Below, piece by piece: positions 27,097-39,121 of a stretch of 64,000 nt of DNA. The translations under genes were made by a program, and so were the position numbers. The stretch lies in the NCBI GenBank assembly GCA_050084985.1, contig JBITNC010000001.1, positions 176,576,001 to 176,640,000 on the forward strand, given 5' to 3'. Below the pieces are notes generated by a model. That model was not told the DNA's origin. It saw only the letters and a list, made by a program, of their open reading frames with translations, and ran no database searches. Numbering within the stretch: the stretch's first letter is position 1; each line of letters begins with the position of its first letter. Source of the DNA: Nageia nagi. Lineage: Eukaryota > Plantae > Pinophyta.

Positions 27097-28231
27097 ACAT
27101 GTACAACAACATCAAGACTAAGTTTATCATCCTTTTAATTCTACAAATGCACTTAATCGCACCTTCTTTGGGAACAAAACATTGAAACACCTAGCAAATA
27201 TTTTTAAAAACATAGAACAACTCTGTCAACGCCTTGCGCTTTGTGCCCTCTCGTACGTTTCTGAAATCAAAATCACACCTCCACCACAGAGATCACACCT
27301 CCACGCTGTCAGGTTTCAAAGGGAGGCTTTTTTTTCAAAACGTCAAACAACATCGGGTCAAATCTCCACAACTTTAGATCCAATGATAATGTCGAGTCAA
27401 ATACCAATCATGTCAGGCCAAATACAAATATTTCACAACATCAGGCAGGTCAAAAAAGTAGAATATCACCCCTAGCACTTCATGATTGGCAATATTCAAA
27501 TCTACTCGCACTCTCTCATGCCCTCTATCATGTCACTACAAACGCCTCTCGCGCTCTGGCAAAACGTCACATCAGGCAATTTTCAAAGGGAGTCCAACAA
27601 AAACACAGAACGTCAAATCCAAGTTAGAATACTCTTCACGTCTGGCACGTACGTTTCTCACATGTACAACAACGTCAGGACTAAATTTATTATCCTTTTA
27701 ATTCTGCAAATGCACTTAATCGCACCTTCTTTGGGAACTAATCATTGAAACACCCAGCAAATATTTTTAAAATCATAGAACAACTTTGTCAGCGCCTTGC
27801 ACTTCACACCCTCTCATACATTTCTAAAGTCAAAATCATGCCTCCACCACAAAGATCACACCTCCACGTTGTCAGGTTTCAAAGGGAGGCTTGTTTTTCA
27901 AAACGTCAAACAACATTTAGTCAAATCTCCACAACTTTAGATCCAATGATAACTTCAGGTTAGGCAGCAATCATGTTAGGCCAAATACAAATATTTCACA
28001 ACGTCAAGCAAGTCAAACAAGTGGAATATCACCCCTAGCGCTTCACGACAAGTAGTATTCAAATCTACTCGCACTCTCTCACGCCCTCTGTCACCTCATT
28101 GCAACCGCCTCACACCTCTCACACTCTAGCAGAACATCACATCAGGTAATTTTCAAAGGGAGTCCAACAAAAACACAAAACTTAGGTCCACATTAGAATA
28201 ATCTTCACGTTTGACGCCTACATTTCTCACA
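27097..28231. repeat. Diverged tandem duplication (~563 bp) in the Copia 5' leader
   Basis: acatgtacaacaac begins at 27097 and 27660; parallel ORF-track peptides 27182.. and 27745.. Confidence 0.94.
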
Positions 28232-29073
28232 ATCTTACAACAGAATTTGCCCTTTGCACTTACTCGTAGTTTCACAATTTTTCTCTCAAATGGCAATGCA
28301 GATCTCAAACAAACTCTACACACACCCTAAGTACGGATTAAGCATGGAGTTTCTTACATGGCTCTGATACCACTGTCAAATCGAACTCCATGTTTATATA
28401 TCAAAAGAGAGAATACATATCTTACATTCGAGAGTCTTATTTAAAGCTATGGATGGAGAGGTCATACAAACCAACTCCCAAACTACCTATGGAATTAATA
28501 TTTCCATTACATCAAATATAAATCTATCTAACTATTACAACACAACCCCTATTAGATTAGTGTTGTTAAAAAATTGAACGTCCATCTCCAAGGTAGGATA
28601 TGAACTAAGTTGCATGCAAAAACCATACACTGACAATACTACAAATACAAACTGAAATACCATTGCAAACACTGGAAACCACACTGAAAATCTCATTGAT
28701 GTAATGCTGCAAATCTGAATATCTTGAAGTCCAAATGTAGATTTTAGATAAATCCACTACTACCAATTTAATAGCAAAGGCACATCTCCTAAACCATCAA
28801 ACCGGGTCTTCAACTAAACAGGGGCACATCTCCTAAATTCAGCCAAAGAGGAGACAAGGTTTTCAGCCCAAACTCTCAATGATCAAATATAATATCAAAA
28901 TAACATAACCCCAAAATGGATGCTCCACTCATATATATAGACTACATGTTCTATTTCTTTGTTGAGTGCTTAGGTTACTTTTTTACAATTTGAAACACAC
29001 TCACAACTTAAAAATATAATATTATGTCTCCTAACACATAAAGAATACAGATGTCCCCCTTTCACCATTAAAA

Positions 29074-29933
29074 CTAAGTTACTGATTCTAATTCCAATTC
29101 TGGTTTGGGTTCGACGATTCGATACGCCGGTTCGGTTAAATTTTTTTTTGGGGGGGTTCGATTCGTTTTGATTCGTCCATACAAAATGTAAAATCATAAA
29201 TTTTTATATATGTGCAACCTAAAAGCATGAAATTAAGATTAGAGTATCACATAGCATCATATAAACAACAAAACCATAAATTTGAATGTCATTTAAAACA
29301 TTATACATGCATGATAAATACTAAATATTCATCGTTCAAACTTAAAGTTCAATATTAAAATAATAATATCAAGTTCAACGACTAGTTTAATCATCAAGTA
29401 GATTTTCTAAATCAACAATCTCATCATCATCATTGACATTAGATGATGTAGGAATATTAGATGAACCACAATCAGTGCAAATGAGTAGAAATATTAGATG
29501 ATCTTCTTGGCAGGTAATGAACACTTGCAAATGAGTAGGAATGGCAATATAATCCTTGTAGAAGCTTCAAGGATCAGTCTTCAACTTCCTTTGTTGATCC
29601 AACAAGAAAAAACCAATGCTCAGCCTCTTGGAATAAAAGTTGTTTGCGAGTGAATGAACAAGAATGAAGTAGTTTAGAGGTTTCATGTGCTTTAGAGGTA
29701 ACTTTTAGGGTTTACAAGGTGGAATTGGTCAAAGTCAAATAAAAAACATTAAAAAGTGCAAAATATCTCCTTTTCCTCCTTGGGTTCTATATGGGTTCTC
29801 TTTGGGTTCTCCTGAGGCAAACCGGGGAGGATTTTTTCGAACATGAACCCGAACCCGGGGCGAACCGAACCTGAACCCAAACCTGGGGCGAACCGAACCT
29901 GAACCCGAACCCGAGGCGAACCCGGTAACTTAG
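29074..29933. mobile_element. Non-autonomous hAT-type DNA transposon (MITE-like)
   Basis: TIRs CTAAGTTAC / GTAACTTAG; 8-bp TSD cattaaaa / catgaaaa (7/8); subterminal ggttcg / cgaacc repeats in opposite orientation at the two ends. Confidence 0.88.
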
Positions 29934-30009
29934 CATGAAAACATAAACATAAAATGTGCAAAAGTGAAGGGGTGCCAAACAAATGTCAAAATGGGGACAT
30001 TACACAATT

Positions 30010-32900
30010 GTTTTGATAAAATGCTCTATTCAATCAATCAAGTCCATAAGATTTATCTTTTACAAGCGAAAACAGCACTGCATTGAGTTTCTCAAGTGTC
30101 ATTGGAGCCATAAGGATCTAATTTTCTTCATCAATAATGAGGGACGATATTCCATTCAATAGATTCTTGTCAAAGGTTTAACATATTCCTGTTCTAGAAT
30201 TCCTTGAAAGGAAGCTAATGCTTCTATCATAATAGATCTCAATCCTTAAGCAAAAGGCAATTTGACCCTTTTATTCTATTGATTCTATTCATTGGCCTCT
30301 TAGTAATGACTGTTCTTTGGAAAATTTTGGTACTTTTAACCCCTTCTTTCAACCAAATCTATCTTGACTTATGTGTATAATTGTTTTCTTCACATCCTAA
30401 GATTTATGGCATTTGTACAATAATTCTTTTTTTTGTGGATTTTGATATCTGAAAAGGATGACTTATATTTTGAGCTTGATCCCAAGATGTTATGGTACTC
30501 ACTAAGTAACTCTTTTTTGTGGATTTTGATATATCAAAAGGGTGACATATTTTGAACTTAGACCTAGTTTAGGAGTTCTTTTATTTCTTCCTTTTATCAA
30601 AGATGTTTTTGAAGGTACTTCAATTCCATTACTTTAGATTCAGTTTTGTGTTTTCAATCTATTGTTCCACATTATATAGTCCTCAATTCTCACACCAAGC
30701 TTGCTCAATAATCTTTGGGTATTGTGGGTTTATTTCTCATATTTGCACATAAGCCAATGGTTTGCGTTTTATTCTAGTGACAGTGGTTACCCTTGCCACG
30801 AACTTGAATCCCACCAATCATTTGACATAAAACATCTATCCAATTTCTCAACAATAAGCAGCTAACCCAACTATTCGTTTGTCCAAATGAAATTCTCATA
30901 TTCAAATAACACATCCCACGAGTTATGTTCTTGAATGAAATTATCGAAATCAATCATGCCTTGTGTTAGCATATACTGACCACCATATTTCTCAGAGAGA
31001 TTTTTGCTTGTATTGAAATCTCCTATGATCATGATTTTGTGATTGGGATCACAATTTGTAATAAATGATTTCCATAATTTCGCTCTAGTTCCTTGATTGT
31101 TTGACCCATACACATAAATTAAAATAAAAGCAAATTTTGAAGAATAGAATTGGACCTTACCCACAATCTAATATCTACCCTTAAAAATAAGGGAGCATTC
31201 TATCCTAGATGGGTTCCAATAGGTGATCAGGCTGCCTAAAGCTCCTGTTTCATCCACTGCAGTCCATATTGAGCCAACAAAATTCTAAATTGCTTCACCC
31301 ACCATATTTGATTCTTGAAAAAATAGTGGTTTTGGATATTCCTTGAAGTAGAGTTCCTCCAAGCATCTATGCTTAGTTAGAGCATTAATGAACTGTATAC
31401 TCCAAAAGAGGACAATCATTTATTAGCCTCAGAAGGAAGATTTTCATCTGTTTTTTCTCCCTTTTGCATGTGTTGTTACCCCACCCAGCAAGGCCATCAA
31501 ATTTGATTGAGTCCCTTCCTTGAAATTGGCCCTTGTTTCCTTTGCTTTTATCTGAGACATGCATGGTCTTCTCTTATGGTTTTTCCACTATTGGGAACTG
31601 TCATTATGGTTCTATTTCTGAGAATTCTTTCAAATTCCATTTCTGATTAAGATTATTGTTGATACTCTTCTAGATTCTCTTTAACTTTTTGTTTGCTCCC
31701 AGTCTCCAACTCCTCTTGTCTTGAAGAGGACGAATTTGCAATCGTTCCTCAAATATTTACTAACTTGTCCTGTTTCTTATGCATAGAAAAAGACAATTGG
31801 ACAAAATTCAATTCTTCACTTCCTCAAGAAGAATGAGAATTCTTCTGTTTAGGCTTCTTTCAAGCACCAGCTCTTCCTGAGAACGACTTTGACGACATTC
31901 TGATCATGTAATTGTTTTTTCTCAGATTCCTCTCCTTCACTTAAATCACCTTCCTCTGAATTGGATAACAACCTATGTTGATTATTACCAGTGCTGCTCA
32001 TTCCATTGACCAGTCTCCAAGTCATCATCCAAACCTTTGTCAGTTAGGCAGACTTCTTGGCTCAATGAATCCATCATCTGTTTTAGGATCTTTCCTCTTA
32101 TTTTATCTCGTGTTCTCCTGATGTGTCTCCATCAAACTCTAATCTAAGCAATTTCTGTTAAGGTGTCCAACCTCGTGACATTTTCTGCATCTTAAGGAGA
32201 TATTCACATAATCAATAATTTGGTTCTAATCTCTCTTACCATACTTCAAAAACATATATTCAGGTAATGGTGAGTTGAAATCTAGCATCACATAGACCGT
32301 ACTCGTAGCCTAGATTGCTAGAGATCTTGCTTGAGTTGTTCCTGAAATTGATATGAATTTCCTAGTTTGTTGTCAATTGGTTTTAACATAGATTGTTCTG
32401 GACCTATAGCTCTATTGGTAGACCATACATACTGTCCAAAATTGGAGCAATTGAAGAGTTTGGCATCGTTTGGAATGAAAGCCTCAGCCAAGGAAAAAGA
32501 CAAAGTCGAATTCTGCCCATAATCCATAGGCCACTAAGAAAAGATATGTTCCTTTCTAATAATGTGCAAAATAATCAGAAGAAAAAAATCTTTTAACTAT
32601 GAAACAAAATACTTGTTTATGAGGATAGCTTCCATTTCATATTTATCCACCTTCTTAAAGTGGTGGCACCGGACGAGACTACATTAATTTACAGATTAAG
32701 ACACTATTTTTCAGAAGCTCTGGTCTTCGATTCGCTTAGTCCAATCTGATCTCAACTGTTGGTGGAGGAACATTCTGAAAGTGAGCCAAATCTATTCGAG
32801 AAATTGGATTTACACAAGCTGCAGCTAATCCTCTAAACATCACACTTTTGCACTATGCTTTGCCCTCTGCTCTTTCCACTTCTTACTACCAAATTCGGTT
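30010..32900 (-). mobile_element. Decayed L1 LINE: ORF1 with zinc knuckle and ORF2 endonuclease; RT absent
   Basis: QIIDYVNISLRCRKCHEVGHLNRNC at ~32150-32222; IYVYGSN...LWKS...IIGDFN..EKYGG..FIWTN in 30871-31164; WLKEG..STKIF linker near 30320-30355. Confidence 0.9.
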
Positions 32901-33480
32901 CCCCTTCTTTTCCTACCGCTTTTTTTTTCCTGTCTTTTTTTTTTAAGCCTTTTACCTATAGAAGTTACAACAATTAAACTTTTTTAAAAACCTTTTTCTT
33001 GTCTCGTTATTTGTCTGAATCTTTCTTTCTTTAACTTTTTCTTTTCTTAAAGGATAAAAGTTACAAAGATTTAACTCAAGACCTGCAGTAATCCTACACC
33101 TGCTGGCTAATTTGGGACCCAATGACCAACAGTAAAATAAAATACATCTAACTTTTTAAAACCCGTGCATTTCCTTAAGCAGCCATTTTCGTACCCCCTA
33201 CAGTTTCCATTGGCAAATAAGAACAAAGAAAAACTGTGCTACTGCAAATTCCATATGAACTTAATCAAAACTATTCCCTCTTAAACCTTATATTTAACAT
33301 TACGATCATCCGACTCACAACTGTGCATTCATAAATTTACACATCAAATCAATCTGTTAACACAAACAAAATCTGTAAAAACATACCTAACAATTTAACT
33401 AACCTAAAGTAAACAAACCCTTGAATAATTAAATAGTTGTATGTGCAAACAATTGAAGCAAAAACTAGTGCACAACTTAC

Positions 33481-33690
33481 ATAATCTAAATGAAGGGCAA
33501 GCAGTTTGCCAATGCAAACCACACCAGAGGAAGCTTTGAAGCCTTCTGTGTGTAGGACCTTCCAGAAGTTTCTTTGCAAGTGATTCAGAATATACCATGA
33601 AAAAAGAGAAGCTTAGTAGAATATAGATGGTGGGAATTGCAGGGCTGCAAGTCACGGCTGATGTGTGAGATAATGTGGGGTCCCATTTGC
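33481..33690 (-). other. Probable first (leader) exon of the host gene
   Basis: GTAAGT donor at 33480-33475 followed by T-rich intron-like sequence; unique CG/CWG-retaining DNA directly downstream of promoter motifs. The TSS position is a guess. Confidence 0.55.
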
Positions 33691-33790
33691 ACGATAAGAA
33701 CCACAATTTAGTCCACGCGCACTAAAATTCGATACTAACAAATGCGGCGTATCCTGTCACGTGCCAGTTACCGCTCGGATATTTTATAAT
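33690..33790 (-). promoter_or_regulatory. Putative promoter with G-box, I-box and evening-element-like motif
   Basis: CACGTG 33758-33763; GATAAG 33693-33698; AAAATATCC on minus 33785-33777; local CpG cluster in an otherwise CpG-poor window. Confidence 0.55.
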
Positions 33791-34001
33791 TGACTGCTTT
33801 TGATAAAAGTGCATATCGTGATATAAAAGAGGCGAACATTTTTACGTACTTTCACGGAGATGACCAACGTATGAATAATAATAATTTTTTTGTAAATTAT
33901 AATCACTTTAGGTGATTTTAGTAATTTCATGTTACGTAAAATTTAAAGAAAATTATGAATCAATTAATTTAGATATCTTAAATATATAGAGGTATCAATT
34001 T

Positions 34002-34245
34002 GTTTTGTTGAAGTTTGTATCTTGATATAGGGTATCATTAACTTTTATGCTTAGAGTCTGATCGAAGGGCATCAACATCATCAAAATCCATTAGGGGTAC
34101 GATCTTCACCTTATCCGCATCTACCATCAACTCGATAGGATTTTAGGTGTATTTCAACTTTTAAAGGCATAGAGTTTTGAACCTAGGCCTCCTGTATTCG
34201 AGAGCTTTGAACTACCCACCTCTCCAACTCCCTTATATGCAATTC
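34002..34245 (-). mobile_element. tRNA-derived SINE
   Basis: 16-bp TSD atagaggtatcaattt (33986-34001, 34246-34261); minus-strand box A-like TGGAGAGGTGG (34226-34216) and box B-like GGTTCAAAAC (34183-34174), 32 nt apart; short A-rich tail. Confidence 0.8.
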
Positions 34246-34692
34246 ATAGAGGTATCAATTTTAAAGCATTTATCTTAACTATCTTTATATCTTATATAAA
34301 TATTATTAAATAAATTTTAAAAAATAAAATATAAATAAAGATGCAACAAATATCATACAAAGATATTATTTATAAAAAATATCATATAATAATAGTTAAA
34401 TACAAAATAATAATTAAATATAAAAAAAGAGTTGTGAATTAATTTCAACCATTAGATTATTGTTATGTTGCACACATTTGGGTTTTTCGCATCCCTTTGT
34501 CTTTCATTATAGAATATCTTTCGATGTTAATGAATGATGTTTTTTAATCTTTCTTTAAATTTAATGGTTTACGAGATCTATTAAAACTTATCTAAAGATA
34601 AATATATATAGTATTTATGTATTCAGATTATTCATAATAAAATTATCGAGTTTGTTTTCAAGATTGTAAATACAAATATTATTGTAGGTTTG

Positions 34693-36086
34693 TGTAATAT
34701 CCTTAAGATATTCTCATGCAAATATTAACCAAAAAAATAATTCAAACTATCAAATTCACCCTCAAGCATGCTACATCTGATTTAGGGTATCAAATAAGTC
34801 AAATAATGAGCCAGGAATGCTAACGACCCACTTTACAATCACCAATGCCACTAAAATACTCAACATCGTACACAAGAGCTCATAAACTATGCAAAACACA
34901 TCCAAAAATACCAACGATGTACTACTCAAGCATATACACACAGAAAATAGCCCAACATTATAAATGTGGAAGCATGAACATCACGTAATGAGATAAAATA
35001 TTGAGATCCAAGTATGTCATGAATTCAATTAGCAAGAGAATGATGAGTATAATACCAAACTAGCCCAAAGAGCTCAACATTGGCCTCCAAGGAGCCAACT
35101 AGGGCATACACAATGTTGAGATATATCTTGTGACTGATGTAGAATGGTCACCTCCTACCAAATTTATGGATGCCTCACTAAATGGCTCCCTCATAGGCTA
35201 GCTCCCAGCGAAGAGAACAAATGTGATCCCGAAATGCCATTGAATGGATTCAAAGGTGTTGACAGCTTGTGCATGCCTTAGGGTAGGGTAGCATTACATA
35301 AATAACCATCTCAATTGTAAGATAGAAGGTATTATATGCCTCCTAAACTCTCATTATACGTTACGCTCAAGGGTGCTTGACATCACCAAGTCTTTGAACT
35401 CCAAAAAGAAGTATTTTTGTATCAAATCAAGTTTATTTCTATATTAAGGTTCCTTAGCCTTATATAGCTCATCATTGGATTTGGATTTCACCTAAAGGAT
35501 ATCCCCAACCTCTCTAATCTCAAAGTTGACCTCCTATAGGACCAATATCTCCAACATGGGTGCCTAGGGATTGAACATGCCCAATGTAGATACCTAGGAA
35601 TCATTAATGCCAATGTGGGGATCCAATGTTCCATGCATGCCAACATGGGTGTCGAAGGTGCCATGCATGCGAACGTGGGAGTCCAAGGTACCACGTGGGT
35701 CTAGGATTCATGCATGGGTGTAAAGGGGTCATTATAGGCCAACATGGGGGTCTCCCCAAGGCTAGCGCATGTGTATAAGTGCTCCCAAATCCAACGTTGG
35801 GGAAATAGGTATTTATTTATATACAAGTGTCATCTAGGTGCTATATAAGCCTTATGATTCCCATAATCATCTTTGGGATCTTCAAGTGCATTTATTGATA
35901 AATAAATAACACATCCTAGCTTGGCAGGAAAACATCCCTCATGGGGCTCACAAAGTAGGTCCAACGGACCTTTATAATTTTATCATAAGTAACTAATAAC
36001 AAATGCATGAGTAAATAAATATTTACAAAAAAGGGAATCCTTAGGATTCTAAAATTAATTAATTTTTACAAAAAGGGAATGTTATA
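34693..36086 (-). repeat. 3' LTR of the chromovirus (contains ~30-bp repeats at 35550-35700)
   Basis: tgtaatatcc...gggaatgttata termini, adjacent PPT, similarity to 3770-4430. Left end is not confirmed by a partner LTR. Confidence 0.75.
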
Positions 36087-36099
36087 AAGCCTTCCCTTT

Positions 36100-37453
36100 T
36101 GAAATTGCTTACCTTCAAGCAATTTAATGATGGATGTGCTAGTATCTCAAATCCTTCCCATGTAGAATCTTCATTAAGAAAGTCCTTCCAGTTGATCAAG
36201 TATTCCAAAATCTACCTTTATCTGAACTTCTTCATTCGGATCTCCAACACATGTTTTGGAATCAAAACCATCCATCCCTCTTGCTCAAGCGATGGAAGTG
36301 TAGTTAATGATGTATCTTGCTGATCCATAACCTTATTAAGGAGTGACACATGAAAAGTGTTGCAAATCTTGCTTTCCTTGGGAAGCTCTAGGTCATATGC
36401 AACTCCTCCAACTTTACACAAGATCTTGTATGGACCAAAGAATCTAGGCTATATTTTTATGCTCTTCTCTTCTTGAGGGAGGATTACTTGAATGGTTGCA
36501 ACCTGAAATATACCATCTCTCCTACTTCAAAGGTCTTATCAGTCCTCCTTTGATCAACATACTTCTTTTGATGATTTTGGGTCATTTATAACTTCTCCTT
36601 TAGAGCCTTCATGATGTCTTAGTTTTTATACAATAAATTTTTAGCTTTTATGGCCTTTCCTTCATCAAAAATCAAATCTATGAAGTTAGGAGCATCATAA
36701 CTATATAAAGCTTTGAAAGGAGACATTCTTATGGACAATTGGTGCATAAAGTTGTAACAACACTCCCTAATGTGGAGCCATTTAACCCACATTTGTTGCT
36801 ACCTTGTTACATAGTACCTCAAAAACCCTTATATCCATTTCTTTATAATTTATGTTTGCTCATTAGTTTGCGGGTGATAGCTAGTGCTTGGGGTCAAATT
36901 AGTGCCACTCAACTAAAAAAATTCTTGCTAAAACATGCTCATAAGCTTGTTTTCCCTATCACTTATAAATCTTTTTGGCAATCCATGTAATTTGAATATC
37001 TCTTTGAAGAACAAATAGCCAATTGTACTTATGTATATGTGATAGTAATCGCAAAGAAATAAGCAAACTTAGTGAGCCTATCCACTACCATAAAAATAAA
37101 ATATTTACCATGCACTTTTGGAAGACTTGTAATGAAATCCATAAAGATATCTTACCACTTTTGTTGTGGAATAGACAATGGTTGAAGTATTCCTATTGGC
37201 CTTAAATTCTCCTCCTTATTTTCTTAACAATGCACATATTCTTGGACATGTTTGCAAACATCTTATTTCAACCCTCTCTATGCAAACTCTCCCTTGCTGC
37301 TCTATACATTTTCATGATCCTTGGATGATTTGCAAGGGGGATATTATGCAAGGCATGGAGTACCTTTTCCTTCATCTTTGAGCTAGGGATCAAGAAAATT
37401 CTATTATTTTTCAAAATCAACCCCTCCCTAATCATATATCTCTCATTTTTAAT
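36100..37453 (-). pseudogene. pol: Gypsy integrase and chromodomain
   Basis: RFFGPYKI..KVGGVAYDLELPKESKICNTFHVSLL; EYLINWKDFLNEDSTWE. Confidence 0.92.
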
Positions 37454-37458
37454 AGTCC

Positions 37459-38470
37459 TATAAGCTTCCCAAAAGGGGCTACAAGGGAGCTAGGGAGACC
37501 CCACACTAGGGGTCCCTCCCCTCTAGGAAAGGCCCATGCTGCAATGTCTAAAACATTACTTGAAATGTGATTAGATGGTTATGATAAACAAATATGGGGG
37601 AGAGAGAATTTATAGTGTTTTCCTTTTCTCTTGTGCAATACCCACATCTCCAAACAACCTACCAATAAGAAAAAAGAGGAGGCTTCTTAGTTATAGGTCC
37701 TTAAGACCCTAGAACCATGCAAAGCTAGCTAATGACCTTGTAATCCTCCAAGCCTTGAATAAACAAGGCACTAGAAAATAACATGATCCCTAAAATGCAA
37801 ACTAGCATAGGATTAAAATAGATTTAACTAAATTAAAATTAAACTAAACTATCCTAGCCTAAGTCTACAAGAGACTAGCCTAGAACAACTAGTATGCAAC
37901 CATGCAAAAAAATAACAATGATAACACAAAAGGATATATATGATTGAGCTCATGGATGTCTCCTAAAAATCCTACAAAAACACTCAAAATAACAATTAGT
38001 TCAATAAAATAAAGGCAAAAAATATGTTACCCAAGGTTCTCTTTCAATATGAGGATAAAAATCCACTTTTTGTTGCCTTGGAAGTGATGGGTAAAGATCC
38101 AAGTGGAAGGTTCTTGGCCAAATGCTCGAATGGAAAGTACTAAGTGCATATGGACAACAAGAAGTCATGGGTTTCTTGTTGTGCTAAGTTACTTTGATGG
38201 AAAAACTATTTTTGAATTGACTTGTATATAGGACTAGCTGGTGGGTCAATTAGGATTTAAACCCTAACTGATCAGCCAATCCCCTAATTGATGGGTCAGT
38301 TAGGGTCCAAAGTGATAAGGTTGTAATAAAGGCTTAAGTTACCAAAATTGATCACACGAATAGGGTCAAAACAAGACCAAGGGTTGATAGGATCATGATG
38401 AACTGTAGGATAGGTTGAATCATCACAAATTACCTAAGGTAGATAAATGAACGATTTTGAGGTATCTACA
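37459..38470 (-). repeat. 3' LTR of Tat/Ogre element
   Basis: Colinear with 60998-61998. Confidence 0.96.
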
Positions 38471-38587
38471 GATGCCCCTTTTTGTGCCTATTTTTGTGAG
38501 GTGCAAAATGTGGTACAAAAATAGGTGAAATGTGTGTAATGTGATAATGAGAAAGCAAAATGGATGAACAACAAAATCAAAATGATC

Positions 38588-39121
38588 CCTACTTTTCCCC
38601 AGTAGTTGAAGAGTAAATGAAAAAGGTAAAAATAATTTCTACTTTACCCCATCAATCAAAGGGTAAAATAAAAGTAAATGATAAAAGATACATAAAAGAA
38701 AATGGCCTCTACTTTGCCCCAAAAACCAAAGGGTGAAAGAAAAGCAATCAAGATGAGAGCTAGTTTCAACACATAATAGATAGTATAATATTACCTTGAA
38801 CATTTGACCCAAGAATGGTTTCGATACATGATAGGTCATATAAGATCGAGTCGAAGGGATGGATCACAAAATAGAACTAAGAAGGCCATATCAAACAAAT
38901 AAGTAAAAAAAAAGGCCTCTACTTTGCCCCAGCAACTGAAGGGTAAAGGAAAACATAAAAGGATACTCAAAAGTAAAATATCTCTACTTTGCCCTAACAT
39001 TCGAAGGGTAAATGAAAGGAAAAAATATCAATGATCCTACTTTGTCCTAGCAATCAAAAGGTGAAGGAAAAAAGGAAAAGATCAATGATTCTACTTTGCC
39101 CTAGTAGTCGAAGGGTGAAGG
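38588..39121. repeat. Seven hairpin-type modules ctactttgccc-N~11-gggt(a/g)aa
   Basis: Copies start near 38588, 38639, 38708, 38918, 38983, 39037, 39091. Confidence 0.88.

Larger units (their letters stand above)
21480..28571 (-). mobile_element. Full-length decayed Ty1/Copia retrotransposon with short LTRs
   Basis: LTRs 21480-21627 and 28374-28571; perfect iMet PBS 28361-28372; PPT complement ttaccccct at 21628; domain order gag-PR-INT-RT-RH. Confidence 0.96.
18430..30004 (-). mobile_element. Non-autonomous gypsy derivative, 3'-truncated; its 5' LTR (21272-30004) is interrupted by a Copia and a hAT MITE
   Basis: LTR ends tgtaatagccc (21272) and ggggacattaca (30004); degenerate PBS complement gctctagtactg ~21259-21270. 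ORF 20415-20738 (DTLYQEY..VTF) resembles the gag N-terminus near 660-760. Chromodomain-like remnants (YEFLVIW, SWV) in 18718-19218. Confidence 0.65.

Noticed and set aside
27182-27963. Paired plus-strand ORFs as duplicated genes
   Set aside because: Explained by the leader tandem duplication; non-ATG starts and antisense to the element
34170-34235. tRNA gene
   Set aside because: No cloverleaf evident; TSD-flanked with unrelated body, so called a SINE
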